Positions 13,751 through 28,105 of a stretch of 64,000 nucleotides of DNA are shown in pieces. Made by a program: the position numbers and the translations under genes. The notes under the pieces are model-generated. The model made no database searches, was not told where the DNA came from, and saw nothing but the letters and a program-made list of their open reading frames with translations. Numbering within the stretch: the first letter of the stretch is position 1; each line of letters opens with the position of its first letter. The stretch is from Marsupella aquatica (lineage: Eukaryota > Plantae > Marchantiophyta), in NCBI GenBank assembly GCA_973895155.1, contig OZ316897.1, forward strand, positions 15,623,375 through 15,687,374, read 5' to 3'.

Positions 13751-15725
13751 ATTAATTGCTAAGAGTGGAGCATAAATGGAGAAGGCACAGGCACAAAAGA
13801 CTTCCATTCCCATGCCTAACACCGGTCTTTCAAATGAAGCCTCCATATATAGCATGTTCATCCTCAAACATAACTCTTTTTGGTCTTGTAATGATATATA
13901 ATTTATTTAATTTATTTTATAATAAAAGAAGTATGTACATGTAAAATATATGCCAAAATTTTAATATATGTTAATTAAGAACATTACTCATGTAAAAAAA
14001 AGTAAAAAGGTATTAAAAATAATGCATATATAGCACAGATTTTCACTTGTTTGGGACAATCAATTCAATTAAAATCATAAGTTTTGTAAAAAAACCAAGA
14101 GGGTAACTTAGTACACCAAATGTACCTTTTGTTCAAACTCATTTCTCACTCTCATGAGAAAAATGATAATTCACTAATGAGAGATTGAAAAAAAAAGATA
14201 AACATTTTAGAGCAGAGCCAAAAACATTCCAAATATTGTTATGTTCACTAAAATTCAAAGGGGTCCATAAGTTAATTCAAAATCAAATTAATATAAATAA
14301 TTCCTTTAGTTAAGGCACATTAAAATAAAAATATTGAACAAACTATGAATAATACAAAATACGAAAAGTGTATTCACCCATATAAGGAGCTTCATAATTT
14401 CCATTCCCATGCCTAACACCAGGCTTTCAAATGGAACGTGCATATGCTTACGAAAGGCAACTTTAACACTGGCATAGGCACTCGTAAGTGGCATCTGCCG
14501 ATAATTGCAACCTTGGAATGGCTTACAGGACAGGAAAAAGTAGAAAAGAGAGTTCGCAGATTTCTCCAATCAAAGGCATTTATGATATGACTCCGATCCA
14601 ACCTGGAAAATTGGTCCTGGTGCTCTTACTAAAGGTTAGGGAGGACAATGGCGTGTGTTCTCACGAAGTGACATTTCTACATCTGGCCACCTTTTCAAGC
14701 CTAGAAAGAACTAGAGACCAAAGTAGTTCCTTAAGGGTGAGGCTCACGAGGACTGCATACGGAGTACTCTTTAATCTGTACTGCACGGCAAACACCCTTT
14801 CGAGGGTTTGTTTAGTGACGGGATATTACCCAACAATAACCCCCAAGAGCGTACATGTGGAGTCCCACACACAATTGACACAACCGCCATAATCAGCACT
14901 TGACAGCAGGGACATCGCTAAAATGTTGATGTCGGACCCTGGATACACGAAAAGATTAAAACTTAACGACATCGCAACAGAGCCTGGCAATCAACTTGAC
15001 AAATGTGCTGTTCGTAGAGTGCAATGGAACTTCGTTTGCAAAATTTTCAAGACAAGGCCAAAACACGATAGAGGCAGGCGATCGAGACCCAGCAAATTTC
15101 TATCAATGCTTTACTTCTTGCTGGGTCCAAATCCGCCTCTATTCGTTTGTGGACTATCTCTACTCGGTACTATGTGCCTGTACCCTTACTGTACATGTAC
15201 CACTATATTCTTCTATCGTAGCTTCCCCAAATGGATTCAAGAAAAAGCTGTAAATCACAGCACATCAGGCTCGGGATTGGAAGAATATGAAAGACAACAA
15301 CCTCCACCAAATGATTACTTGTTACTACAGGGGAGCAGGAGCACGACTCCAATCCCGTTCTGTGGTTTTCCCAGCCACTGATTATGCTCAACAATCTGGA
15401 GCCTAATCAACAATGAATCGAGAAAAAGCCTTTCAGGCCGCAAAATCTTTTCAGCATCACTATCAACTCAGACACGATCCCCCGTCACTCTTCAATCAAG
15501 GGGGCTACCGGTTAGCCCAACCTTCTCAAAGGAGCCAAATGATTGACCAATCGTCCAGAGCACCATATAAACTAGAAAACTACTGAACATAAACCACCCA
15601 AGGCTAAAGGTTTTCTCCCGTTGCTGGGTGAAACTTCCTATCAGACTTGGAATCCGGCTTAAGGATTCAGTAATAGATGACATGAACTTGAGAAATGAAG
15701 AATTTCCAGGCATCAGCCTCATGGA

Positions 15726-18700
15726 TTAACTGTCATCGTCTTCATCTTCCTCATCTGGCTCTTCATCATCGTCGTCAAGATCTTCTCCTCCCTTTCCCTG
15801 CGAGAATTGGATACGGGTTATTCGCGAAAATACCAAAACGCCCAACACTTCATTTCACGTGCCATTTGCCCAAGACTCTTCACCACCAAATAAATCAGTC
15901 AAAATCATATCAACTAAACCTTCCAAGGTTATCCAAGCTCACTTCGTGGTGCCCAAACTATATAGTCGGAATCGTTCATTACATCGTACTGGTAAAGCGA
16001 CAAATCCATGCAGGAAATTAGGCACACTACTCACTTTCTTCGTACAGCAATTCTAATGGGCTAGATTTTAGATGTACGGCGCCTTACACTTACAGTGTCT
16101 TCATCTTCATCCTCGGCCTCATCATCATCGTCATACTCTTCATCATCTGCTTCCTGCATTGCCACGAAGGCATATACAATGGCCTGATCTAGTTAGGAGT
16201 CCAGTCCCTTCAGTTCGAGGAAACAGCACAGATCGTCCTTAAGCAAACATATGTACATTCTCAACGATTATATTGACACTCCATCATGAAAGGCTTCCTG
16301 AAAGAACGAGTTTCGTAAGGACGTACGTTGTTGAAATACTTCAGTGGGTTTGGCCACAAGTCATCTTTGATCACTTCCGCCACCTACAACCCAGAACCAA
16401 TAGATTAAAAGGACTTTGCAAAGACGTCCAAAAAATTACGAAATCAACAAACAAACCAACCGTAGATGTACATTATTGCCCATTCCTACTGAACTGTAGG
16501 ATACATAGACTCAGCATTACAAGCAGTCAACTAATGCATACTTAGATACGGATCGTATACTGCATCAAATGAGAAGTGAACCCCAACACGGGGGCGCTAT
16601 TGATTTTCAGTTATGTACACACGAAAACTAGCGCAGACTGATTCCAATTTTTCTACAACAACCAAGTACATCGATTCCAGCATTGAAGTACAGTACCTCA
16701 TCTTGAATTCCCTCCACTGATTCCTTGTGCTGTGACTCGCCGAACCATTTGAAAAAACTGTCATCACAGCCATAAACAGATGTCGACGTTAAAGACGAGA
16801 GGTTCAGTGCCAAGTCTGGTCCAGGAGTACTCGACATGCTACAGGCACAACCTTTCCAACTGCACGCTAGCTTAAGGACATGTGATACTAGTTTCACATT
16901 CATCAAAACATCAAATACCTCTCCTCCGAGTGCAGCCGTTTGTGATTTTCTTTTTCATGGACTACTCCGTTGGTCAGATCCTGAAATACCCAGATTGAGA
17001 AGTTAGCAACGACATACACAGCCTTCAAAATTTGTACAATATACCTCCTAAAAGGCTGCCATATTGGAACCGACGTCAACGAAGGCAAGAATAGTCAGGG
17101 TTATCAAGCTGTTATTGACGTACCATTCCATCCTTCCATTTCGGATGAGTACCAGATACAGATGTGGTGCCTTCATCAGAAAATCGGAAGACTTTTGTCA
17201 GCTTGGTGTCTTCGAAGTAAGGATTTGTCTTGAATGTCTGCACACGACCAACAAAGCACCTCTAAGGCATGAAGAAAGTTCGCGTTTCAGCACCATTTAA
17301 CCGGAAATGAAATTGTGAGGATCTTTCCCATGTCCCACATAGTCATGGAAAGAAATGTGCAACCCTCAAAACTTCGAGAGAGCAACCATGAACAAAAAAA
17401 CACGGCATACGCAGAGAAAAAACATGCACAGAGACTTACGAAGCTGATGCAGTATCCAGACTTGACATCTTTGAAGTCTTCTACGTCCAACGATTCCAAG
17501 AACTTGAACACCTGAGAAGCATGAGAACCAGAAATAGGTAAATCACAATGCTTCAAGTTGCTTAGAGGAGACAAGAATAGTGAACAGGCAATCCTGATAG
17601 CTCCGGATAGAAGGATAAAATCTACAAACGAGACTAAGTATGGTTTCCGATAAGTATTAAATGAGATTGACAAGAAGGGTGCAATACAGAACAGTATGAA
17701 ATGAATTACCTCTCAGATTACATTCATTTGAAATCGACACCTCCAAGACAAGATCTCTCTTATAGTAACAATTTAGCACTCACCGTTTTACTGCACCGAA
17801 AAAATAAATAAAGCACAGAGGCACTGTGGAAAGAAATATTACCTTCTGATCTTCTTCAGACAGAAGATCACATAAAACTGGATGGCTCAAAAACTGCATG
17901 ATATCGACATAACACCATCAGGATAAGCTTTCCCACAACATCTTTGGCGCCGAGGCCGGTATCAACGGACGAATGACACACGAAGAACACCCGCCATTCC
18001 TACCAGAATGGCAGAAGTTCATCTCCTTTATGGCCCTACCAAAGCATGAGCAGGTACTGACGAGAGTCTCCAGCTTTGTATCTACGAAAGAGAGACAGAA
18101 GGGACTTCTAGCTTGATTCTCTCGAAAAACATGTTCCATTCTCCGGCAGAACATCCCGAACACCTATACATTCTTGCAGGCGATCTTACAAGATTTCAAA
18201 TTGATCTCTACAAATTGACCTACCGCAGTAAGCCAGAAATCCGGAATGTTCTGAATGATATCATTCCGCTTGTTGTACACTGGCCGGCGAATCTCGTTAT
18301 ACTTTTGTTCAACCTCCAGCACCTTGTCACTGGCCTCTTCATTGACCTGATCGAGGAACCCACCCAAAACGACATAAATGAGAACAGTATGGAACTCAGT
18401 GCGCAAGAGCTCAACAAACAAAATCGGAGACGTGCAAAAACCTCTCCTCCCGACTTCGCCGACACTATTTAAATTCTCACGAAAGCACAGCCGGTCGTGG
18501 GCTGACATTACAACTCGACACTAACCGATTAGGAACTCCTTCAGACGGGAATTACTAATAAGACAATCAGGGCATCACTTCGAGGGAACAAACCATTGCT
18601 CCCCTTACAGTTGTCAAATTGGCCATCAAGACAGACAACAGAGGATAAAGGACTTATAAAATGCAGAGTGCCAGAGAAAACACATACGGCAGAGAAAAAA

Positions 18701-19626
18701 CAGACCTTCCGGATAGACATTAACGAGATACAGGTCAGGTGTCCACCTAGGGTTCCTCTCCAGCCCAGAGGTTCATGACGAAAGCTAGTTATCCCAGCTC
18801 CGCGGTGCAGAAGTGTTAACCAGACCTATGTAAAAGGGCGGGAAACGTATTTCTCGCCCTCTACAAACGGAACACTCTCGCTAGGTTTATTTCCGGACTT
18901 CAGAATGCAAGAACATTCAAGCCTTTGCGTCTGAGAGGAAGGAAGTAGCAATACAGTCCTGCCGACCACCCTTCCTACCTACACCACTTTGACCTAATGG
19001 AGCAGGGGACCAAATACACAAAAACCGGCAACGATAACATAGCCTTCCAGACCAAACTAATAACCCGAGATGCGTGCCGGGTTTCAAAAATAAACCCCAA
19101 AGGAGACATTTCGGTCTAGGCCCCGTCGATAGAACGAATTCTTAAATATCAGAAGTGTGATACATGACGAAGAGGTTAATTGCTCATCGTTGCGCCCATG
19201 CCATTGTGATTATCGACGGTAGGTGTGTAGCGAACTGACCATTTGACCCGCTTGTTACTCCCCGCCGGAAAACTGATATGGCTATTAACTTCTAGCAGGT
19301 GGTGGAACAAACAAACTGCATGTCTATATTTGAGGTGGAGACCATGCCCCGCCGTGACGTGTGAACACTGGAAAAATGAATGCAACTCGTACACACCAGA
19401 AGCGTACCGAGAGCAAGCACATTGGACGGCCAGTACAAGGTACAAGGTAAACACACTTCTCTGCCCCCATTTGGTCAAACAAAGGTGCGGGATAGGAAAG
19501 AGATGAACAACTAACCCGTTCCAGTTCGTCTTGAACTTCTTGAAGCTTCTCAATGGCCATTACCAATTCCGGGTCTAGTTCGGACCCCTCCTCCTCCTCC
19601 ACTTTCGCTCTCTTCCCTTTATCCAT
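15726..19626 (-). CDS. NRP: NAP1-related protein / SET-type histone chaperone, ~260 aa, 10 exons
   Basis: Exons 19626-19516, 18346-18224, 17893-17843, 17511-17440, 17237-17124, 16980-16919, 16757-16697, 16383-16327, 16153-16094, 15797-15726; all GT-AG and in frame (783 nt). Motifs: [72 protein letters not shown], and an acidic D/E tail. Confidence 0.96.
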
Positions 19627-21059
19627 CGCGGCAAAGGGGTCTACCTAGCTTCCCAAAATGCGGCAGGACGTGCAACCAGACCAGAACACCCACCCCGTTC
19701 GCAAAGCCCTCGAGACGGCCGCACACTGGCAAACCGCGACCGAACCTTCGGCCCCCTGCAGGCGTCCTCGGCGTCTCAGACGACCACAACGGCTGCTGCT
19801 GCTCCTGATTCTCCGCGTTGAGAGAGGCTCTCCCTATCCATCATTCACTGTCTCCCCTCTTCCTCTCTTCCGATTCCGAACTCCCCAAAAAACCAACACC
19901 CTCTCGTTCACATTCACGGGACCTCCGACGGCAGAATGATATCCACCTCCTCCTCCTCCTCTCTCCGATCTTCCGACCGAAGAAGATCCCTCCCTGCTTG
20001 CCTGGTGCTGCCTCCAACAACACCCAGCAAACACACAGCCTTCTGTTCTTCCTCTCCTCAGTCCAAGACCTTCTTTCCAGCTCCGAAATCGAGGTTCCAG
20101 AGGTCGTCGAGTTGCTCACGCACACACTACTACTCCTCCTCCTCACTTCACACTACACACTACTAGTGTGCGCGCTCTGCTTCGTCTCTCCTCTCTTGCT
20201 CGTCCGCCAAAACCCTCGATCCAAAACCCAAACCCCAGCAGCAAAGCAACGAGCAATGCACCACGACGACGACGACAACGACGACGACTCAAACGAAACC
20301 GAACCTTCCCTCTCTTCGCTCTTCTTCGTCCCTCCTACTCTCGGTTTCCGTTCTTCCTTCCGTTGGAGCCGTCCCTCGCTGTCCTCCGTCTTCGTCCTCT
20401 CCTTCTCGCGCTTTCCGTTCTCGGTAGGGGCGGGGGCCGGCCCCTCCCTCCGCCCCCTGACTTTCAAGCCGGCCAATCAGGAGAAGACGGACTGACGAAA
20501 TTTCCCGAGGGCGAGGCGGAGCGACGAATGGGAAGGGAAGGATCGCGGATGACGGGAAACAAAAAAGCCCCCAATGAAAAGGGCGGCAAGTAAATAGGAG
20601 CACCCCCGCACCGGCCCGCTATCAGCCAGGAGCTGGTATTGTGGGACCATCCAAGTTTTTTAACCCCCAGTGTGCCCTGACCCCGGCGTCTTTCCCTATC
20701 AAAGAGAGCACTCTTGTGCCTCCACCAGCTACAGCTACTGTAGCTGGACTGAGGGGTGTCTTGCATGTGAGGGTCCTGAAATAATTGGCCCTAAGTGTGA
20801 TGAGGTGGAACTATGGGACTCACCTAGACTTTCATGCCTGGCCCCCTCTTGAGCCAGTCCTCACTGCTAAACAAGTGCACTTTCAAAGGCAAAGGCCGCA
20901 ACATTTTTCAAGGGTAAGGGCCGCAATCTCATATAAAACAAAATGAAATACCTGCCTTAGCCAATTGTATGCAGATTTTTGTATGTTACTTTTTGCCGAC
21001 AAATCAGGAGGTGTAAGGGCCGCATTTTTTTAGACAATAGCATATGCAAGACAGCCCTC

Positions 21060-21240
21060 AGCCTGGTATTTGTCCCTCCTAGAGTCGGTGCTTCTGTGCT
21101 CCACGAGCTAGCTTGACTCAGCCCAGCATTTTACCTCCCCAAGACATCACTTGTGCGCTCCACAAGCGAGTTGGACTCAGCCCTTCCCCTCCCAAAGACA
21201 GCAGTCCTGCACTCCACAAGTTAGCAGGACTTAGCCAGCT
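21060..21240. repeat. ~57-bp degenerate tandem repeat (GCTCCAC(A/G)AG...GACTCAGCC), about 3 copies
   Basis: Copies at about 21097, 21155 and 21209; probably part of a TE. Confidence 0.65.
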
Positions 21241-22559
21241 AATAAGTCCGATGCCCCAATCGCCCTAAACCACACCTGCCCATATGAAAGGCCCAATTCC
21301 CTACCCATCTACCTTCATTGGAAATGTGAGCTACAAGTGCACCTTTACATTCAATCTGCTTTAGTGATTGGAGTTGTTCTGGTGAGCCTGGAAGGTGGGG
21401 AAGCTTGTCAGACCCGCAAGAACCCGGATGCATTAGCGTCTCATCGGCTCTCGCTAACTCCCCAATGCGGGGCTGTTGCACCAGTGGGAGTGCTCTAGTA
21501 AGGGTGACCAGAAACCAACGAGCTTCAAGAAATGTTCTTACACAATTACAGTACTTTACTCCTTCTCAATTCGGGCTCTCCATTATGGCCTCTCAAATAC
21601 AATGAATTTTCCCGCGTGACCTCGTCTGGGAGTGTTGTGACCCACGGCAGCAGGAACGATTGGTCAGGCACCAAATGTAAGGCCCGACCAGTCACATGAC
21701 CAAAACTGAGGACCGACTCTTCTAAGGAGAGGACCCAATTCCAGTGTGTTCATTGAACTCACCTTGCAACACTGCCGCAACCCTTCTCAAATCTTGAGAG
21801 CCCGAAAACATCACTGCCCCAAATATACCCAGTTTCTGTGCGCCCAAGTTCATGACTCAACGCCCATGAGGTGTGTTTTTTTTTTTCCAATATTTAAGAC
21901 GCCCTAATGGGAGCACCCCTGCCTTTCCCGGGGCCTGTCTCGTTTCCCGGGCAGCGAATCGCTAGAGGACAGATTGACACTTCTTCGGAGAGGGCGAAGG
22001 CGGGACGAATGAGAAGGCAGGGCTGGGGTGGGGGGGGGGCTGATCCCGAAACTGAAGAGGCAACGCACCGTGAGGACGGAGGTGCAGCAAGAAGGGTTGC
22101 GCAACAGCCCTCTTGAGCTCGTACCATTTCACGGCTCTTGCCGCGTAGCTGCTTACGGACTTGATTACGATATACGGCTTCGATTCATGGACGAAGGTTT
22201 TTATTACGGATGGACGGCTTGGATTTTAGGATTAGGTGGTTCGAACACGGATGTACATACGGTTTCCGTAAACGCGGTCATGATCACGGACGTGAACCTC
22301 GCGTTCAAATCCGAGAAAGGTGTATTTTCTGTTCCCCTCAACCGAAATAATGCTCCCATGGACCACAGCATTGGCCTTCTGAAACCCCCATGGACCACAT
22401 TTTCCAAAATTTGAGTTGAATTATAAGAACTTGATGTTCATAAATTTAATTTGCTTTAATTTTGAGGATGTGCTAGAGGAATAACTAGGCTACGCTTCCA
22501 TACATAAAGGTGAATTTTTGGCCAATTTGGTTGAATTATTCATCATGGAATCCCAAAGG

Positions 22560-22740
22560 GTAAATTCTCATAGATTAATTTTCATTGTATTATTATGAAA
22601 TATTATGGCTTGTGTTTTTTTTAATGTCTCCTCCTTCTCTAATGCGGAAGGGTCAATTCCCCTAGATTAATTTTCTTGTGCTAAAATAAAATATTATGGC
22701 TTGTTTTTTTTTTAATGTCTCCTCCTCCTCTAGTTGCCTT
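22560..22740. repeat. ~94-bp tandem duplication
   Basis: TAGATTAATTTTC...AATATTATGGCTTG...TTAATGTCTCCTCC occurs twice. Confidence 0.8.
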
Positions 22741-22920
22741 GCTGGTGAAAAGCTTAAAAAAAAGTTTTAAATCATAATAATCAATTTTAAACCCAAAACT
22801 CTCATGGACCACCAAAATGTGATTCACCAGAGCAGTGTGTCCAACATTGTGGTCCATCCAAGGTTCACTTTCCCCTGAAACACTCCTTAATTCAAGCAAA
22901 AGGGGTCGAGAGAAAAGACC

Positions 22921-23034
22921 TCCTGAAACACTGTTATTGATCATGAATAGGGCATCTCAAAGTTTGGGTATTTTGAGTCCTCAAACACTGTTAATGATCA
23001 TGAATAGGGCATCTCAAAGTTTGGGTATTTTGAG
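22921..23034. repeat. 57-bp tandem duplication containing a MITE TIR variant (TAGGGCATCTCAAA)
   Basis: Two near-identical copies starting at 22921 and 22978. Confidence 0.9.
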
Positions 23035-23569
23035 AGCATTCCGGGCTGTTGACTGCCAAACAACAAGGCCAAAATTAGAGCCGGGCATGAGAAAACAAGG
23101 GGGCCGCCCAGGGGAGTGGACTTTGAGAGGTATTGTAGAGGTAGTGGAAGATCCACTGTCTGCTGTTAGCACAAAAGCCCAAGCAATAAGTGCGGTCGCT
23201 AACTCAGTGTACAGCAAACATTGAGTCTGTATCCTACACCATTAACTCTCGGCCCAGCTAAAAACCCAGAGATTGGACCGAAACCCTCCTAGATAGACAA
23301 GGCCACACATCATGTGGGGGGCCAAAAATCCATTACAGTAAAGTTTTCCATAATGTGTGTCATTAAGGGTGGCCTTCGAGTTGGGTGCCAAAACCAAGAT
23401 ACAAAAAAAGTTATCCTTAATCACGGTGACTACTTGATCGAAAGTTATCCTTAATCACGGTCACGACTTGATCGAAAATTCCAGGCGAATAAATCGCATT
23501 TTGAAGTACTCGGGGCGAAATACTGGGTGAAACCCATTTTGGGTCTCCTCACAGTTTCCTCCCCTCCAT

Positions 23570-23760
23570 CGCTGCGCTGCTGAGCTCCATCACTGTGATC
23601 TTTGAGCTCCACTTCTGCGAGCTGTTGAGATCCACCACGAGCTGCTGGGCTCCATTGCGAATTCGCGCTGCATTGAGCTGGTGCTGAGCTCCATTGGTGC
23701 GAGCTGCATTGCTGCTAGCTGCATCGAGCTGCTGAGCTCCATCGTGAGCTGCTTCCCGAG
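23570..23760. repeat. Degenerate GCTGCTGAGCTCCAT low-complexity array
   Basis: Repeated GAGCTCC and GCTGC units. Confidence 0.7.
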
Positions 23761-24950
23761 ATGAAGCCAGTCACCTTCTTATTTGCTTAATTAACTAACC
23801 TGGAAACACACCAGAAAGCACATCCTGGGAATCTGGCGCAGGTTTTGGCCCCTTTACATTATGGATAACTTTGATGTATGGGAAGGTGAAAACTAGCCTG
23901 TGGGCAAAACCTGGTCAGAGGAGCCAGAGCGGAACAACTATAGTCAACATTTGATGTATGGGAACCATGGAACCAAAATGTTTGTTTTGAAGCAATTCTG
24001 GTATGGAACCAATTTAAAAGCCGTTTTTATGTTCTTTCGGACAGAGTCACTGAACATTTGGAGCTGGAGGCCAGTGCTGAAAATTTGTGCCTTTATTTTG
24101 AACGCAAGAATCTGAAATTTCACCCATTACATATTTCCCGTTATACTACATCAAGAAAAGAAGCTCGCTTATGAAAGTAAAATGACTGGGTTCTCCACTG
24201 AGGCATTTTAAACAGCAACAGTAGCTGTACATCTACTAAGTTAAAGGCATGCACATCTAGGTTACTAGCTCAGCTCTAATCTTATGAAATTAAGAGATGA
24301 TGTTACCAGCCCGAAGCAAACTTGGAGAACCCATATGAGGAGCTTCATGAATTAAGAGATCTTAAATTCTAAATTGCAATTTACATAAGGGGCCTCCGAT
24401 ATGATTGTCCCCAGAACTGAAAGGATGCCTGTCTTGAAACATCGCCCATAAGAACATGTAGGCGAATATGTGATTCATTCTGCACTTTTGACGCAGTTCT
24501 TCCTCTGGGCGACGATAAGCCGTGATGCTTTCTCCCTGCCAGGTTACTGATTTTTCAGCTCTGAAGAGCCACCTTGACTGAACCCAAAGCCCGTACCTCC
24601 TGCATCATAGGAGCTGATTTAGATGAATTTTGCCCAGAAGAAAGGTCTGCCGCGAGCACATACATGGAAAGAAGGGTCACTTCTGGACGATACAGAGAAA
24701 ATATGCTTCTGTGCAAAACCAATAAGTCCGGTTGCCTAGATGCAATCTCATAACCTCCAGCAAACATCTTAACATTTCAAAATCCAGATAGCTAATCTTG
24801 AACCCTTTACCTCCCGTACCTTCCTAGGGATTATTCGAAACAGACGCCTCGTGACTCTGCTGGAACATCCTCAGATAGCGGTCGGACACAAAATAGAGAA
24901 AACCTCAGGAAAAGCAGTTTGTTATGAAGTAATTATTACAATTTCTTACC

Positions 24951-27900
24951 TCAGAGTGACGTTTCATGTTTGGGTAGCATTTGCGCAGTCTCACTCTCGC
25001 TAATGCCATTGTCTAGGTCTATCATGACGTTATGCCTTTGCTGTTTGTCTGAATCGTCATCGTCTTCCTCATCCTCCTCTAATTCACCGACAGTCCAAAT
25101 TTGTTCATCTTTGGCAATGACTTCATCCAGTGGGATATGGACATCTTCCTGAAGATACATTTGCATTTCCCGGACTCTATCACGATCCCTGGGATATGTC
25201 CAGTAGAGGCCCGTGTACATTGAAGCACAGAAAAGAAACGGTATACCAACCGATGTATAAAGAGCTTTTGCTAACGCAACGGCATTAACTTGGTCAACCG
25301 CCAACTTGTCTGCTCCCTTTTTGGGTGGAATATAGCCATAAACATATTCTGCAAGAAGGCCCACAATAGGAGGGGCAAAAGATGCCAACACCGCCTCAAA
25401 TGCCCGGTCTAATGCGTAAATATTAGTCCTGGATTTTTCAGGCACTATTTCTGCAAAAATTGGCCTGCATATTCAACAGTTCCCAGAACAGAGTGATTTA
25501 TCAGCAGACAGAAGAGAGACAAAAATGCCGCCGAGGGATAACTAATTCTGTGAAGTCATTGAAGAGAGCTGGAACCAGTCACATATGTAAAACCAAAAAG
25601 GACAGTGGGATGCACCGCTGAGCACTACAACAGATAATTTGATTCACCTCACCATACTATGCTACAAAACGTCCATTTTGGCAAGTATCGTGTACTTACC
25701 CATTAGTCGCGGAACCATTCCAGGAGATCATCATGCCCATAATAAATAAGACGGCTCCATGCAAAACAGGTGTTGAAGGGTCACTGGGCAGAGCGAGAAG
25801 GAGAATTGCTCCTAGTGGAATCCCAGAACCAGCACTGATCTGAGACAGCATAATTCTGCCTGTATTGGGTAGCCGGGTAGACAAATAGTCTCCCAGAAAT
25901 CCACCAAACAGATTTCCCAGCGAAGTAGCCACTACAAAACAGCCCATGAGGATGGCTGTCACGTCATGAGAAAATCCTACAAGCTCCAACCACAAGGCAG
26001 CAAACGCTAGTGCTGCCCATGGGAACGATCCTGCAACCCCTTGGGCTACAAATATTTGGAACGATCTTATTTGTATTACGTTCCGGGTATCTAGGTACAA
26101 CTCCCTCAACTTGTCCATAAAGGTCTTTTTCCCCCTTGACCTGGAACAGGAAAATGTTGAAAAACAGTTAAAAACCACATGCCAGCTGAGCTTGCTTTCG
26201 GATCCAACACGCAAAAGATCTGAGAGACAGAAGTAGGTACACCATCATACGACCAACCACACAATTCAATGGGCTCATTTGCTTCAAATTAGAGAGAAAT
26301 AATTTTTGCGGTTGTAAATATATTTCTCAACTTCATGAAGCCACATCCCGAACTGCAGTCTGACAACACGTTTGACTAGTTAGATTTGGTAACCTTGCTT
26401 CAAAGGAGCTCTAAAATGACAATCCAGATCCTTACTGGTTACATTTTGGGATTGTATTCTTTAGTAACTTCAGTCTCCACGAAACCATTACACTACTGAT
26501 AATCTTTTGCATATCAGGGTGTGCAAAATGGCATCATCACCAAGGTTGCTCAACGGTAACTTCAGCCTCTACTCAACCACTCCTTTACCGTTAATCTTAT
26601 GCATAACATACTCTGCAAAATGGCATTATCACCGAGGTTGCTTAACCGTTGTTCTAGAGTTTAATCTAGTATTCATTCAATACACAGGAAATTCAAAAGA
26701 TGTTGCATGGCCCTGAATATTTACAGCAGACGATTTTCTCAGCAAACTTTCTCAGCAAGCTCCTGTTGATAAATTTTCTGATGATGAGCATGTTTCTCCT
26801 GCTTAAAGAGGTCCCTACCGATCATCAGAGCCCCTCGGAAAAATCACGGACTCACACCTGGTCTTCCGTGTACAATGAGTCTCACCTAGATGCATTAATT
26901 CAGTTAGGCGAAGATCTCTGTGGTTTAGAGGAAGTTCATTATAATTAGATTTGTGCTACAATCTAATAACATCCCAGACAAAAAATCCTAAATACTTTCA
27001 GGATGAGTATTGTGAAGTTTGTAATGCAGTATCAAGAATCCGATGAAGTTGGGGAAGCTTACAGCACAGCAGCTTCGCTTGTGGAGTACTGAGGATCAAC
27101 TGCGAAGAGGAAAACCAGGGCACCAACTAGTATACTCAATACACCCACCACATGAAATGCCATTCTCCATCCAGTCACACCGAATATTGTTCTTTCTGCC
27201 AGTAAGAGAGCAATTACACCCCCAAGGACAGAACCCGCGTTGCCTGCCACGCCAAGCCAACCAAAAGCCCTGCCTCGCTTGTTATCCTCGGTAGAATCTG
27301 CTACCATTGACTGAATAGATGGCACTACCACTGCCAATCCGATACCGTTCAATGCTCTGGATATTGCAACCTGCGTACATGTTTTTGCGAGCCAATGATT
27401 AAGGCTCCCAACATTTAGGCAGCAGGCTATAAAGGATACTAACGTTGGAAACAGATACTGCAAAAGAAACTTGATTCATCTCTAGCATTATAGATGATTG
27501 GGAGCTCAGATCAAGAAAACCAATCCTTCAAAATGCTTCTAAACTCTCTATCGCTGGCCACCTGCAACTTTGAATTATTTCTCAATTCAATCTAGTCCTT
27601 ACGAGATACGACAGGCTCTAAGCAAGTAATTGGACAAGACAGACAGAGACTGAGCGGATGTGAAATTAGGCCCCCGACAACGGTGGCAGAATCAGGACAG
27701 TCTTCACAGCGTGATTGCAGTTAGTATCAACTCGTTAAGAAAACTCTGGTCTTCACAAGCGAGGAAATAAATCAAATCAATGGGAGAATCACACGCCTGA
27801 GTAAATGTCGATGAAATGCCCACAAAGAATGTGGCAACCGCCCACATTAGTGCCCCAGCAGCAATGATAGTTGCTCTGTTGTACTGCTGGGCCAGAAAGC

Positions 27901-28105
27901 CTGCCACGGGTGCGAAAGCCGCCTGAGTAATTGATCGGACAAGCGTGAGGCTGCCCAGTTTAGATGGACTAGCATGTAGCGCTAATCCTATCTCTCGGTA
28001 CACTGAAGGCAGGAGGGCCTCGTCTGCTTTCTCCATGATAGAAGCCAGACACACCAGGACAAGACTCCGAAAGAGAACATCTCTCCACCATCGCTGAAGT
28101 GCCAT
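24951..28105 (-). CDS. Major facilitator superfamily transporter (plant spinster-like MFS), ~523 aa, 4 exons
   Basis: Exons 28105-27797, 27370-27063, 26140-25700, 25464-24951 (1572 nt, in frame). Motifs: MEKADEALLPSVYREIG, VAISRALNGIGLA, RGRAFGWL, GVAGSFPW, PIFAEIVPEKSRTNIYALDRAFE, YWTYPRDRDR; many TM segments. Intron 1 requires a GC donor. Confidence 0.95.

Noticed and set aside
19658-20766. Cluster of long ORFs (up to 225 aa) on both strands
   Set aside because: Low-complexity CT/GA-rich 5' leader and promoter of NRP; no recognisable protein motif.
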